Positions 12,843-25,508 of a stretch of 64,000 nucleotides of DNA are shown one piece after another (position 1 is the first letter of the stretch; the number at the start of each line of letters is the position of its first letter). Below the pieces are notes generated by a model, which worked only from the letters and a program-made list of their open reading frames with translations, searched no databases and was not told the DNA's origin. A program made the position numbers and the translations under genes. The stretch comes from Leucoraja ocellata (Eukaryota). Location: positions 3,534,001-3,598,000 of the forward strand of contig JAWMAR010000234.1 in assembly GCA_036785375.1 (NCBI GenBank). The letters run 5' to 3'.

Positions 12843-13048
12843 ACACAAAGTGCTGGAGGACCACAATGGGTCAGGCAGCATCTCTGTAGGAAATGGAGCA
12901 GCTGCTCCCTCTCTATGATTCATGATGTTTGGCCATGTTCTGACCTTGCCTCTCCATTCCCTCCATAGATGCTGCCTGACTCGTTGAGTTACTCCAGCAC
13001 TTTGTGTTTTACTCAAAATCCCAGCCTCTTCAGGTCCTTGTGTCTTTC
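12843..13048. mobile_element. Fold-back Penelope-derived element
   Basis: ACACAAAGTGCTGGAG..GTCAGGCAGCATCT arm and inverted AGATGCTGCCTGAC..CTCCAGCACTTTGTGT arm. Confidence 0.7.
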
Positions 13049-13261
13049 TAAATTTTAGGCTATTGCTTTTTGAAAAATGACTAGAGAATATGAATGTCCA
13101 GTGAATTAATGAGATGTGTTGTCTCTTGGGCATGACCGAGTGGATCACAGTTTAGCATAGATCCACTCTCCATTCAATTTAGGAGCTCTAAAGTCATATA
13201 GCTCATCAGTACTGGTGTTTTAACCAGGACTAGTAATGCATTTTACAACATACAGAATTAA

Positions 13262-13405
13262 AAGATTAGATTAGATCCTTTATTTGTCATTCAGTCCTTT
13301 CGGTCTGAAGGATATGTCGTTGCCTGCAGCCATACATGTAATAATAAACAACAAAACACACAGTAAACACAAATTAACATCCACCACAGTGAGTTCACCA
13401 GGCAG
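13262..13405 (-). mobile_element. 3' end of a non-LTR retroelement (Rex1-type tail)
   Basis: (AGATT)n tail, TTTATTTGTCA, stem-loop TTCAG..CTGAA and CTGCAGCCATACA, matching the 3' end of 31931-32399. Confidence 0.65.
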
Positions 13406-13886
13406 TCCAGAGAGTGGCAGAGTCCAGCTGTTTGGACCAAGAGCACTAGAATTATGGGGAACATGAAACAAAGGGGAACTGAGACCAAGATAAGTGTGGA
13501 GCTGGGCTGGGTGTGTTTTTTTATCTTTTCCTATCTAAATAAAGAATTCCCAAGTCAGCTTTCCATTATTGTTCCACTTTGCCATCCAAGTACAACACGA
13601 TTGGATGGCAGACTAATGATCAAGAGACCTTTACAGAGGGTGGTGTTGAGACCATTACATTGCAGTTGTTAGCCAGAAGAGCTGTTTACTTTCTCTAAAC
13701 ATATTGATGAACTTGATCCAGGGGTTTTAATATCACAACAATAATCTCAAGCGCAGCTTTATTGAATCTGAGTTTTATAGTGGTTCTTTAATTCCAGGTA
13801 ATGTACATATGTAAATGAAAATCTCCCACTTGTAATGGTCGGATTTGAATTTATGCTCTGTCTCATTATTCCAGATAGATAAATAA

Positions 13887-13982
13887 ATCTGAAGAAGGGT
13901 TTTGGCCCGAAACGTTGCCTATTTCCTTCGCTCCATAGATGCTGCCTCACCTGCTGAGTTTCTCCAGCATTTTTGTCTACCT
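13887..13982 (+). mobile_element. Short Penelope-derived element with hammerhead core
   Basis: CTGAAGA-A-GGGTTTTGGCCC-GAAACGTT; flanked by direct repeat TAGATAAATAA (13876-13886 and 13983-13993). Confidence 0.8.
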
Positions 13983-14329
13983 TAGATAAATAACAAGCCT
14001 GGTCTAATTGGAAAACCACTTTTCTATCATATACCTTTGTTAGAAATACTGAAACATTAGTCTTTTGAAAATTGATCAGCTGGATTATGTGCTTGTCCTA
14101 ATTTGCTGGCTCAAAGTACAAAGATGGTGTGATTGGTTTTCATGCCAATTAGTTTGAAGTCTAGATGTTTTAAAATTGTGTGCTGTGGCTCAGCATGCTT
14201 TGGGTTATCTGTTACCTGGGGCTCCCGATACAGAGTTTCTCAGGACCAGAAAAGAAAATCATTATTGGTGATGTTGTGATACCAAACATCACAGTAACTG
14301 CCTCATGTCATAAAAATTAATAATGACCT

Positions 14330-14440
14330 CTTCAGTGGCCCTTAAAGCTGCATTGAAGTATTAGCTTATGGAGTAAGGCTTGAATCCACAATCGTCTGAT
14401 ATGAAAGAGAGGGTGCTGTTACAAAGTCAAGCTTGATACA
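14330..14440 (-). mobile_element. Ancient tRNA-derived SINE head (SacSINE1/Deu-SINE-like), decayed
   Basis: Minus strand reads TAACAGCACCCTCTCTTTCATATCAGACGATTGTGGATTCAAGCC, resembling A/B-box heads; assignment from recall. Confidence 0.4.
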
Positions 14441-16435
14441 AAAAATATAGAAAAAATATTGTTTAATGAATAGACTCAAGAAAAGTTGTGGGATGCATTT
14501 CACAGTGTGCCCTAGCTATAGCAAAGCTGTTATGATGCATCAAATCTGTTCAAGCTAGCGAAGTGTTGGCCTTGTTCCTGTGATAGACACACTCAACACT
14601 CGACTGTAGCAGCGCAAATACTGCCAATATATGGAGCTTGGGATTTGGCAGTGACTTGATTTAGAACATTGATACATACATCTACGTTTTTTCCAGAGCA
14701 TCCAGCAATAGTCACTGCTCAACTAATTATATTTTAGCCTTTCCAGATAGTGCAGATGTCCAACTAAGGTTCACTTTGTATGGTGCGAATTAACTGTTGA
14801 GCCATTCAATTGACAAGAGCTGCACTCAACCTACACCCAGAGTTGTGTTTTCATAAAGTCACCACAAATTCATTTGTATGATTATTTATCTTTTTCTAAT
14901 GTTAAGTAAATATAATTCCTGGGTGTAATATGAACAGTGCATGTGGGTCCAGGTACCCGAGTTGATTGGGAATTTCTAAATTGTAATCATTCACAGATGT
15001 CGGTACGTAAAGTAATTTCAAAGAAGGCATCCTATGGCTTGCTGAGGATGATGAAAGCTCAGTGTGAGATCCGTAGGAAGTAATTATTTAATAATCCATT
15101 TCCCAGATGTCCCTACATTTAAATTCAGAATAACAGCAATGTGATTCCAATAGGCATCTTAATTCTTTAAATATAACAAGATCACATTTATTTCATCAAC
15201 AAAATATTTACTGATGCAGCATCTCACTAATATCCAAATTGCAGAAGAAATCCACTTTAATTCTTTATTGTTCTGTGAGCATATGTTCTACAATTTCCAG
15301 TAGCCAAAATGATTACCTTTTCACAGTTTATATAAGAGAAACAATGGTTGCTTGTGTCGGCTTTTATTCTTCATATATGTTATCAGAGTAGCGTGTTATA
15401 AATTGGCTCTGTCCTTAATATTCATGTTTCCAATGGAAGTCACAAGGTTACAAAAGGAGGAATTTTCTCGCATTAGCAGCCCAAAGATGCTGAGACAAAT
15501 TTATAATCACGAAAAAGGTAATCCAACTTGCTGCTTTCATTTTCTGTATAACTTACTACAATATCATTTACAGTCCTTATTCTCTGAACAATCAGACATT
15601 TGTCAAACTATGTTTTCTGCATATTTATGGAGAAAAGAAAGTGGTTCTGCAAAATCAGCGTTACTACAGTGCCCGTGGTGAATCTTAGGATCTGGATATA
15701 TGTTTCAGTGATTTCAGTTATGGTTCCTTGATGGTGTGAGCTGCTTCATAACCTTTGTGAAGCCTGCTGCAATGTTATTTAAAAGGGATCTGCTCAACCA
15801 GGTCCTAGCCAATGTAATTTGGTGCAAGGATCCTGCCTCAGATACGTCCCTCAAATAACACCGTGCAGTGACTTAATAGTTTCTTCTCCTACCAAGCTTG
15901 AAAATAGTAACCTATGCCCCATGTTACTCCCCTCTTTGACTAATGATTTGATACCAAAATCCATCCCACCTCCAACCTACTGCACAATTCACCCCTACTC
16001 CTTCCTTCAACCGCCTTCTCTCAACAGACCCTTTTGCCCTTGTGATCTAACATGGCTTGGACCTTGCCCTGACTGCCCTTCCATTAAACCCAGCATCCAA
16101 CTGTGCGCAGATGCCTCCTCCCTATAACATGGCAACTAATGCCTTCCCACCACCACATTTCAGATATCCCAACATCTCCCCCGCTTCACCTATCTCTGAC
16201 TGACTCACTCTCTCACCACCCATCTTACAAACATTCTACCCTAACAGTTTCCTGCTCCCAGCTGCCCATCTGTAGCCTAACATTTCCAAGCCCCACCAAG
16301 GGTGGGCTCACCTGGCCTGTTCCCTACACAGCCCAACTCTCCACCATCGAGCTCACGAGATAATTCTCAGCCTAATAACCCCGCCCATCCCGTGCTTGAC
16401 CATTTCCATCCCTCCACGACTTTTCTCCCTTGTGT

Positions 16436-16955
16436 TGTCAAGTTTATTGTCGTGTGTCCCAGATAGGACAATGAAATTCTTGCTTGCTGCAGCACAACAG
16501 ACTATATTGTAAGAAAAAATACAGAACAGTACAGTTCAATACACACATAAATAAGCAGATAAAGTGCAATAGGCTGTTACAGTTCAGAGTCTGTTTGTTG
16601 GCGAGTTTAATAGCCTGATGGCTGTGGGGAAGAAGCTGTTCCTGAACCTGGGTGTAACAGATTTCAGGCTCCTGTACCTTCTGCCCGATGGTAGCGGAGA
16701 GATGAGTGTGTGGCCAGGATGGTGTGGGTCCTTGATGATGTTGTCTGCCTTTTTGAGGCAACGACTGCGATAGATCCCTTCGATGGTGGGGAGGTCAGAA
16801 CCGATGACGGACTGGGCAGTGGTCACAACTTTCTGCATCCTTTTCCGCTCCTGGACGCTCAAGTTGCCGAACCAAGCCACGATGCAACCAGTCAGCATGC
16901 TCTCTACTGTGCACCTGTCGAAGTTCGAGAGAGTCCTCTTTGACATACCGACTGT
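16436..16955 (-). mobile_element. Rex1/Babar non-LTR retrotransposon, 5'-truncated
   Basis: ORF 16584-17066 encodes TLSNFDRCTVESMLTGCIVAWFGN..IIKDPHHPGH..LPSGRRYRS..RFRNSFFPTAIRLLN, the typical Rex1 C-terminus; 3' UTR with stem-loop and GACAATAAA. Confidence 0.9.
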
Positions 16956-17268
16956 ACATCTCTTGAACATTCTCTTGAACATTCTCTCTTCATTTATTCC
17001 ACAATGTTGAAATAGTACATGTGTAAGCCTGACACACACCACCACCCCATTATCAGGCCTAAACATGTCCTATTCAACTTGAAAGTAATTATCAGCCAAA
17101 ATATTTTAGCCCACAACATTCTGCATCTCCTTGAGATCACCGATGAACATTTTGGGATATTGCAAATGTCATTGCAGCATTTTCTGCATTAGTTTTCATT
17201 ATTTTAATGATCCAGAATGATAATGAAGAATCTTTATTTTTAAAAACAGTGTTTGCTCGCGTGATAAG

Positions 17269-17379
17269 TTTGAAGAAGAGTCTCAGTCTGAAGAAGGGTC
17301 TCGACCCGAAACGTCATCTACTCCTTCACTCCATAGAGGCTGCCTCACCTGCTGAGTTTCCCCAGCATTTTTGTCTACC
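17269..17379 (+). mobile_element. Short Penelope-derived element with intact minimal hammerhead core
   Basis: CTGAAGA-A-GGGTC-TC-GACCC-GAAA-C-GTC at 17288-17315; degenerate TSD TTGCTCGCGTGATAAG / TTGCTAGTGTGATAGG. Confidence 0.8.
17288..17315 (+). ncRNA. Candidate minimal type I hammerhead ribozyme core
   Basis: Conserved CUGANGA and GAAA boxes, GC-rich helix II, palindromic ACGU helix III, GUC cleavage triplet; helix I is weak. Confidence 0.6.
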
Positions 17380-18202
17380 TTGCTAGTGTGATAGGTCATT
17401 TTGCTGTAATGTATGAAAACTCCTCTCACTGACATCATAACAGCTGCTCATAGGTGATTTACGTCTTGAACTCACCATGCAATGAAAGTACAATCAGTGC
17501 TTACCAGCTGATTTGTAGCTGCAAAGCTGCTTGGATGTGAACCGTATTCAAACTGATTTGTGCTCTGCACTTTGTAGACATGCTTCAGTGTCATGGCAAG
17601 CCATGGGTTAGGTTTTGCTGATTTTAAGAAACTGATGTGCAGATAGATTTTAATTTTGGTTCACTTGATCCTGATGAATATGAGAAACTGGTCTGTGATC
17701 CACTGGAACTATTTGCCGTGTGTGTTTTGTTGTAGAGCCAAGCCATTTTTGAATTGCTTTGTTTTTGCAGTGAAGTGGTGTGTATTTAAATTCATGTATT
17801 TAATGCCCTGCCTCTTAATTCCTGGAAGAACTTAGAAGAGCAATAAAATTTACCTGTTGATGACTCACAGAATGATTTTGTAGCCATCCATTCTGACACT
17901 TTCCATTCATTATTTTTACATTTTATAATTTTTCGTGTCTGTATATTTCTGCCCCACCATGAAATGTTCCATTTTGCTCAGCCAAACCTGTGCCTTAAAT
18001 TATCTGAATGATGTGACCATGGAAAATGAATGAAATAGCATGTACTGTTTGAACCACATTCACCAGTGGCCATCTACTGTAATGCACATCAATATCACAA
18101 CATTTAGAACCTGGGATTTGACAATGGTGTACACCTTGCACTACCTTTTTAAATGTTTTTGCTTTTCCAGGATAGTAAACATGCCAGCTATTTCATTTGC
18201 AA

Positions 18203-18736
18203 GAGTATTGTGTGCAGTTTTGGTCTCCTAATTTGAGGAAGGACATTGTTGCTATTGAGGGAGTGCAGCGTTGGTACACAAGGTTAATTCCCGGGTTGGC
18301 GGGACTGAAATATGACAAAAGAATGGAGCGATTGAGCTTGTATACACTGGAATTTAGAAGGGTGAGAGGGGATCTTATAGAAACATATAACATTATTAAG
18401 GGATTGGACACGCTAAATGCAGGATTTTGGAGGAGTCCAGAACCAGAGGCCACAGTTTAAGAGTAAGGGATAGGCCATTTCGAACTGAGATGAGGAAAAA
18501 CTTTTCACACAGAGAGTTGTGAATTTGTGGAATTCTCTGCCTCAGAAGGCAGTGGAGGCCGATTCACTGGATGCATTCAAAAGAGAGTTAGATATAGTTC
18601 TTAGGGCTAGCAAAATCAAGGGATATGGGGAGAAGGCAGGAATGGGGTACTGATTGTGGATGATCACATTGAATGGTGATGCTGGCTCAAAGGGCCGAAT
18701 GGCCTACTCCTGCACCTATTGTCTATGTATCTATGT
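18203..18736 (+). mobile_element. CR1 LINE, 5'-truncated
   Basis: EYCVQFWSPNLRKDIVAIEGVQR..LYTLEFRRVRGDLIETYNIIKGLD; 3' end GGGCCGAATGGCCTACTCCTGCACCTATT plus (TCTATGTA) repeat tail. Confidence 0.93.
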
Positions 18737-20924
18737 AAATAAGCAACTGGGAAATGACCAAATAATCTCTTTGTATTTGGTATTTTACATTCGCAACACA
18801 GAATGCTCTATGCTGTTCTGAGCTTGCATCCGAAAAGGATTTAGACTCAAACTTACAATTTTCTGGACACACAAGATAAAGAATTGTTCTAAGCAAATTT
18901 ATAGTTAAACATTCATTTTCCCTCCATAGTCCCCATCTTATGTCATAGATGCTCCGACAGTGGTACAATCACCCTCGTACCACGTGCTGGTAGATTTCTC
19001 TCTCTTACCCAGAAAACTGCAATTAGGAAAGATGAGCATTAGTGAGATGGCCCTCTGGCTTCTAAAACTTTTGCCTACAGATGTTTGAAGCTAAATTTAA
19101 CCTGCTATTCATCATCAAAGTACACCCGATATGATTCCATGTGTTATTTCCATTTCCTGCAGCAGCCACCATTATAACCACTTGAGATTAGCTTTGGATG
19201 CCAAATTACGATCAGTTTTGTGTTGTGGTTTTGGTCCACCAGGAGCAGAGCTTGAGATTGCTGTAGTTTATTTCATCAAGGACGCTTATGAACTGACAGA
19301 GATTTGGGGGGGTGGGATTCATTGTACGTCTCAGCTGGATTGGAAATCCATATCTCATGGGATGGAGCAGAACCTTGTATAATTGATTGTCACATACGTA
19401 GCAAGTTTTTCGAAGGGTATCTTTGTTAAGGAGTATCTTTTCTAAGTAAATGAATACAGTCTATTACCATAATATTGATGGTCACTTTTTTGGCTTGGAT
19501 TGCATTTTAATTTCCCCATGTCATTTATCTGATATTTAAATGAAGTGTTGTGCAGAAAATTGTTTAAGAAGTAAATGGAAAATATAATTTATGACATTTG
19601 TTATGGGCAAGCAATATATTAAGATTCAGACCCTTTCTCAGTTCCTTGAAGGAGAGAATATAAATGTGAAAAATTTATTGCCTGAGAGAAGAAGTTATTT
19701 AAGCTGCAAAAACAAAATTGTAAATCTTTGAGAAAAAGGCTTTTAATGTACCCTTGATGCATTAATCTTGCATTCGCATATATACGTCAGATTTGTGAAT
19801 CGTTCCTGCAGCTCGTCAGTCTCCAGATAGCAGAAGAGGAATTTATGCAGTCAATGCTAAACAAGAAAACAGGAGCTGTACTATATCAGCAAGTAACTGG
19901 GTTCTGGCATGACAGCTCAGTCTTCCTACAGACCATCCAAAATACAATATGAACATGCAAGAAAGCGATCTGAAAATACCTTCCTATACACTGTGCCTGT
20001 TTCAACATCATAGTTTAGCCTAAACATGTTGTCACGACCCCTTTGGTTCCAATCCCACATCCACTTAGTTTCTTGGGAGAAGCAAAAAGATGAAGAAAAA
20101 TGAATTTTCAGAACAAAAAATGTTAATAAATCAACTACTGATTAGAGATTGAAATTACACGTGCCCCCAATGTTTTAATTTATTTGAAATGAGAAAAGAC
20201 ATTCGGAAATCTTCAAAGACATAAAAAATGAACAATTGATTTTGTAACTGTTCGGCATAATTGTTATAAATGTATTAAGAATTTGTATCTTTTGCTGGAT
20301 TATCAGTGAACTCTTGATGGTAAATTTGAACAACTGCATTTGTGGTACCAGTCTCGATACTGGACTCAGTCATTTAACTTTCAGGCATTCGAAATTGGTT
20401 TAAAAAGAAATTGGGATAAGACCCTGGTGGAATTGAGCCTGTGATGATCAATTTGCAATTAAAACAACGTATGAGAAATACTGGGTCTTTTTACATCTGT
20501 GAAATGAGAAACAAGATTTAACACTTCACCAACTTTTCGTAAGATTGTTTTATAATTTCAGTATCTGTACACTATTTCTACTTTCTCGGGTGTGAAGTAT
20601 TTGCTTCTGCATTGGTACACTTTCAGTAACAGAGAAACTTTGGTGATCAGATGCTTTCTAAAGCATTTTCTTGTTGCAATCAATTTGACCGCCACATATT
20701 TGCTTTCAGTGGACAAACTACATGACAAAACACAACAGCTGTTCCCGTGGAACAGGGAAATGTAGCAGATCTGAAATATAGAACTATATCGAAGCAAATC
20801 CATATGCAAAATATAATAATGTCTTCTTTAATACAGTAATTCGTTAACAATCAATTAGTTACTTGATTAGAAAGTTACAGATACCTTTGCCAATAATTTC
20901 TACAGGCATTCACTCAAACTCTTA

Positions 20925-21175
20925 CAGAGACCCAGGTTCGATCCTGACTATGGGTGCTGTCGGTAAAGAGTTTGTTCGTTCTCACTGTAACCGCAAGGGT
21001 TTTCTCTGGGTGCTTTGGTTTCTTCCCACACTCCAAAGACGTACAGGTTTGTAGGTTAATTGGCTTCAGTAAAATTATCCCTAGTGTGTAGGATAGTGTT
21101 CGTGTATGAGGTGATCACTGGTCGGCGCAGACTCAGTGGGTTGAAGGGCCTGTATCTCTAAAATCTAAAAAGTAA
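20925..21175 (+). mobile_element. tRNA-derived V-SINE (HE1-like), 5'-truncated
   Basis: B-box GGTTCGATCC, central GAGTTTG..TTCTC..GGTTTC.TCCCACACTCCAAAGACGT domain, CR1-like tail GGGTTGAAGGGCCTG..TCTCTAAA; homologous to 61344-61655. Confidence 0.85.
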
Positions 21176-21329
21176 AAGTCTAGACAGCGGCTTAAACACA
21201 TTCAGAAAGTTCTGCCGATCAGTAAAAGGTCCAGGGAAATTCTGTTCCTTTAAGCCTGTTATAGGTGTTAACCCGGTTATCAAAGTCAGTGTAAATACAC
21301 AGGGAAAGTAAGGTGTGTGTATGCCAAAC

Positions 21330-21480
21330 TATACAATACAATACAATACAACAATACAATACAATTTATTTGTCGTTTGGACCCCGTTGAGGTCCAAACG
21401 AAATGTCGTTTCTGCAGTCAGACATACAAAACGAAAAAGACCCAAGACACAATGCAATTTACACAAACATCCTTCACAGC
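21330..21480 (-). mobile_element. 3' end of the GC-rich non-autonomous retroelement family seen at 31931
   Basis: (TACAA)n tail, TTTATTTGTCG, hairpin TTTGGACC..GGTCCAAA, GACCCAAGACACAA. Confidence 0.75.
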
Positions 21481-21635
21481 TTCACACATTCTTAAAACTC
21501 AGAATAACCTGCAAATGGTTTCAATAATACAACAATGTTGCAAAAATAATCTTATACTGTACCTATAAAACCGCTCAGTAAAACACATCAATCATGGCCA
21601 CTATTTCAAAGGCATTGAATAAATAAATCCCTCTT

Positions 21636-21785
21636 AGGTAGACAAAAATGCTGGAGAAACTGAAGAAGGGTCTCGACCCGAAACATTGCCTATTCCTTCG
21701 CTCCATAGATGCTGCCTCACCCGCTGAGTTTCTCCAGCATTTTTGTCTACCTTTGATTTTTCCAGCATCTGCAGTTCTTTCTTAA
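21636..21785 (+). mobile_element. Penelope-derived element with 26-bp inverted repeat enclosing a hammerhead-like core
   Basis: AGGTAGACAAAAATGCTGGAGAAACT (21636-21661) is perfectly inverted at 21727-21752; CTGAAGAAGGGTCTCGACCCGAAAC lies between. Confidence 0.8.
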
Positions 21786-21984
21786 AAATAAATTCCTTTA
21801 TCATATTACATAGCAACACAGAAATTTGGAAGGAAGTCTGATAATAAATTCTGTTTATTTAAAGGGAGCTGTGGCAGCATGTTCACTACCCCCTGACATT
21901 TCCACCTGAGAAAAGAATTCTGACGACGTATGTTATGCTCTCAATTTACAAACTTCGGTCAGTGTTCCCTCAACCTCCAACACT

Positions 21985-22270
21985 ACAGAGAATTCAATGT
22001 GAGGTTTTCCAGCCTCTCCTCATAACCGTTACACTCTAACCCATGCAGCATCCTGGTAAGCCTCTCCAAACGCTGTACATCCATCCTATAAAGTGCAGTG
22101 GGATCATGGGTCCAAGTTTTTAGCTCTGCAAAAGTGGCAGCACAAGGTAGAGAAAGTGTGGTATGCTTGCCTTCACTGATGGGCATTGAGTATAAGAATT
22201 CACGTTTCAACTTTATATAACTTTTGGTTTGGCTGCATTTGGAATATTATGTGCAGTTTGGATTGCCCAG
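21985..22270. mobile_element. Two decayed CR1 fragments in opposite orientations
   Basis: Minus: VQRLERLTRMLHGLECNGYEERL; plus: GGGCATTGAGTATAAG..TGGAATATTATGTGCAGTTTGG (LEYYVQF-like). Confidence 0.6.
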
Positions 22271-22623
22271 AGAATGAAATAAGGAAAAGGGAGGACAGAT
22301 GAAGGAATCTGTTATATACTGTAGCACCCTTCATTTCACTGCTCTATATCTGCCCTTTGTTCGTGCCCTGGAACTAACTCCCCAGGCCCACACAGCTTCC
22401 TGTTACCTCAAGGCCTCCTAGCTATAGCCATTCTGTAATGTTGAGCAGTTTGCAAGTGGTGACCAGGTCTCTTGCAGCACAAACTGACTTCTCACCTGCA
22501 GATTAGCATAAAACAGAAGTTCGGGACTGCAGACAAATGTGAAAAAAAGAAACTGAGTATGGGAATGGGAGGAAAAAAAGTTGGATGATTTACAGCAGCT
22601 ACTAACGTTTTCGCTCTTTCCTG

Positions 22624-22722
22624 GTTCTGACAAAGGGCCTTCAAACTGAAGTTAACTTCACCTCTCTTACAACAGGTACTGCCTAACCTGCTGAGTGTTT
22701 TCAACATTTTCTGTTTTTATAC
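22624..22722 (+). mobile_element. Older Penelope-derived short element
   Basis: GTTCTGACAAAGGG..CTGAAGTTAAC..TACTGCCTAACCTGCTGAGTGTTTTCAACATTTTCTGTTTTTAT. Confidence 0.55.
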
Positions 22723-23481
22723 CAAGAGTATGTATATCTTTCACACTTGGCCCACTGCATTTTATTGGTCAGCATTTTTACTTTCAGCATTTTCACCGAT
22801 ACGTTCTACCAAGTTATGCATTTGCTGAAAATATTCAATTTCTTAAGAAAAGTACTAATTGCCTCCTGCGTTGTGCCATGTTTGCTGAATGTTCTGTCAT
22901 CACTGCTTGAGCTACATTTACACATGCTACTTTCTTCATTCTGTGGGGTTCATTCTGCTATTTTTGTGAGTTCACTTTGTCGTCGGCGATTTGGGCAAAT
23001 CTATTGGTAGAATTAAGTAAAGCATTCTTTTTCTGCTATAAACACAGAAGCAAAGTAATTATTTAACATATCTATCATTTCCTTATTTTCAATTATAAAT
23101 GTTGCTTTTTTGACCTAATATCCACTAACCATCCTCTTTTCCCGAATAAATATAAAAGTTTTTGTGTTGAATTTCACATCTGCTGCAAGTTTCTTTTCAT
23201 GGTTCTCTTTATAAATCTCATCTTACATAGCTTTCACTCCCTTGTGCTGTATCTTTTTAGTTTTATGTTGTTCTTTACATCTTTGGTTATCTGAGACTGT
23301 TCATTTTGGCAAGTAGAGCTATTTTCATTTAAAGGTTATAAAATTGTTTTGAAAATATAACATTTCTTTTTTTTCTACATCTTTCCCATTCCTTTGGTCA
23401 TTTTACTCTTTCACAAGTTTTCCAGTTGACCATGAACTGTCTATTTTTTCCTGTCGACGCTGGACCATGGCACCTTAATCG

Positions 23482-23589
23482 CAGGTTAAAAGAAGGGTCT
23501 CAACTTGAAACGTCACCCATTGCTTCTCTCCAGAGATGCTGCTTGTCCCGCTGAGTTACTCCAGAAATTTGTTTCTATCTTCAGTGTCA
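23482..23589 (+). mobile_element. Short Penelope-derived element
   Basis: AGAAGGGTCTCAACTTGAAACGTCACCC..GATGCTGCTTGTCCCGCTGAGTTACTCCAG; TSD ACCTTAATCG at 23472-23481 and 23590-23599. Confidence 0.75.
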
Positions 23590-25436
23590 ACCTTAATCGA
23601 TGTTTTGGTGTTTCTTCCTTTCCAACATTATAAGTTCAATCATATTCTAATCATAATAAGATAAATGTTCATCTTATTGGCAATTGCTTTGATGAGCTAT
23701 TAATTTCATGTGGCTAATCATTCATTATTAAATCCAATGTGTCCTGTACCTTTGTTAGTTCAAGACCAAATTAATGTAGAAAATTGTCTTAAACGTAAAA
23801 GACAATGTGTATCTTTTTGATGAACATGTCTGTTCATTTCGGTCTACTTAGGGGTTAAAATTTTCCATTTAAAAATCAATTTGTCTATATTTAAGCAGTT
23901 GGTCAAACAAGCATAGAATTTGCTGTCACTTTGCTTTGCACAAATATCACATTTCAATCTCCACTGCGTTAACAGAAGCATTAGCTGTCGGTCAATGCCT
24001 CCTTTATTTCAGTGAAGGGAAGAATTCAATCCAAAATGTTAACTGCTCAAAGAAGAAAAATGGTGAATTTTGTGCCAATATACTTAACCTCTTTGAATTC
24101 AAATTCAGCAATTTGTTATTTTCACTTTGTGTAAATTGTCATTTAATATTGAGTCAAGACAAACCTACTTGTGTTCTTTAAACCCTAAGCACTTACAGAT
24201 TTATCGTTCAAGCACGAGTTCTGGCTCAATAGTTGCTCTTGATTCTTCTACATGATCCCACCCTTAAACTCTCACACTTTCCACTGTCCAACAAAACAAA
24301 AAGTTGTCCACACATAGAAGTTAATTTAGTCTAAGCAGGAAAGGAAATAATTCTGGTTGAGTCGGTTGCTCTGAACCTTTGGCAGCAATTATTGGGTTTG
24401 TTGGATGTTTTGATTTTTTTCCACAAGGCTAGCATCCATTAGATCAGATGCCTTCAATTTGAAACAAGAAGCTATCTTCAGTGAGAATACATCCTCGAAC
24501 ACATAAACAGTTGTTTTTTACTTTGTCACTGCTTTTCTACTTGGGAACAAAATATATAAACATGAACCTCAATTTAACATTGATTTAACATTTCCTCTGT
24601 CTTTACATTATCATGGAAACATTGAAGGCTCAGTACATTTTTCAGAATGAAATATTTGAATTTCTTGGATAGCATACGAATATCAACCATTCAACAAAAC
24701 TTCAATAATAGGCATTACAATTTTTGAAATTTTTGAAATTTTCCTAATTTTTCCCAAAAAGTGATTATACGATCTGACTTGGTTTTGCAGCATCTGAATT
24801 CCAAAGGTTCTGGTGGTTCCTGATATTTAAAGGGTCAAGAACAATTAGTGCATGATACTCCAAGAGCTGCATGTCACCAGTACATCTCCATGAGAAAGAC
24901 CTTATTTCCTGTTCTTATTACTATTATTTAATCTCCTACTCACCCACAAACATTAACAAAATTGAACCATAATCTTCTGTCGGAGACGAGACGTGCACTC
25001 ATTGTTGATGTGCCCCTGGTTAGGAATTTGTTGTTTACAAATGATATGCATGTTGCCAAATCATTCCGTTCATGCCTGTAGCCACCACCCTCCCAAACCT
25101 GGCCTCAGCTAGGAGAACCAAGCAGCATATTAGGAATGACAAAGATGTACAACCGCCCCTTCATTTATGCCTGAAGTCGTGGGCCTCGGGTGCAAGGACA
25201 TTTTGCACCAGGTATGAAGGGGCACATTCAGTAGCGTACTAGAATTTCTAGGATTGTCGTCCGTGAGGTAGCTAATGTTGAATCATAATCTCATTTTCAT
25301 TTAACATGTCCTAGATCTTAAAATAGACCATGTAAATTTAGTTATGCTGGGATCATACTCTCAAAGGCTAATTGTCCATGTTTGTTCAAAGGAATCTCAC
25401 TTGCAAAGAACAATGGCCGATCACAGTCTTATTTCT

Positions 25437-25508
25437 AAACCTCACCCATTCCTTCTCTCCAGAGATGCTACCTGTCCCGCTGAGTTACTCCAGCTTTTTG
25501 TGTCTATC
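25437..25508 (+). mobile_element. Penelope-derived short element fragment
   Basis: CACCCATTCCTTCTCTCCAGAGATGCTACCTGTCCCGCTGAGTTACTCCAGC, identical to the arm at 12338. Confidence 0.75.

Noticed and set aside
19757-19951. Stop-free frame QICESFLQLVSLQIAEEEFMQSMLNKK..
   Set aside because: Protein-like by eye, but no family recognised and no convincing acceptor/donor pair.
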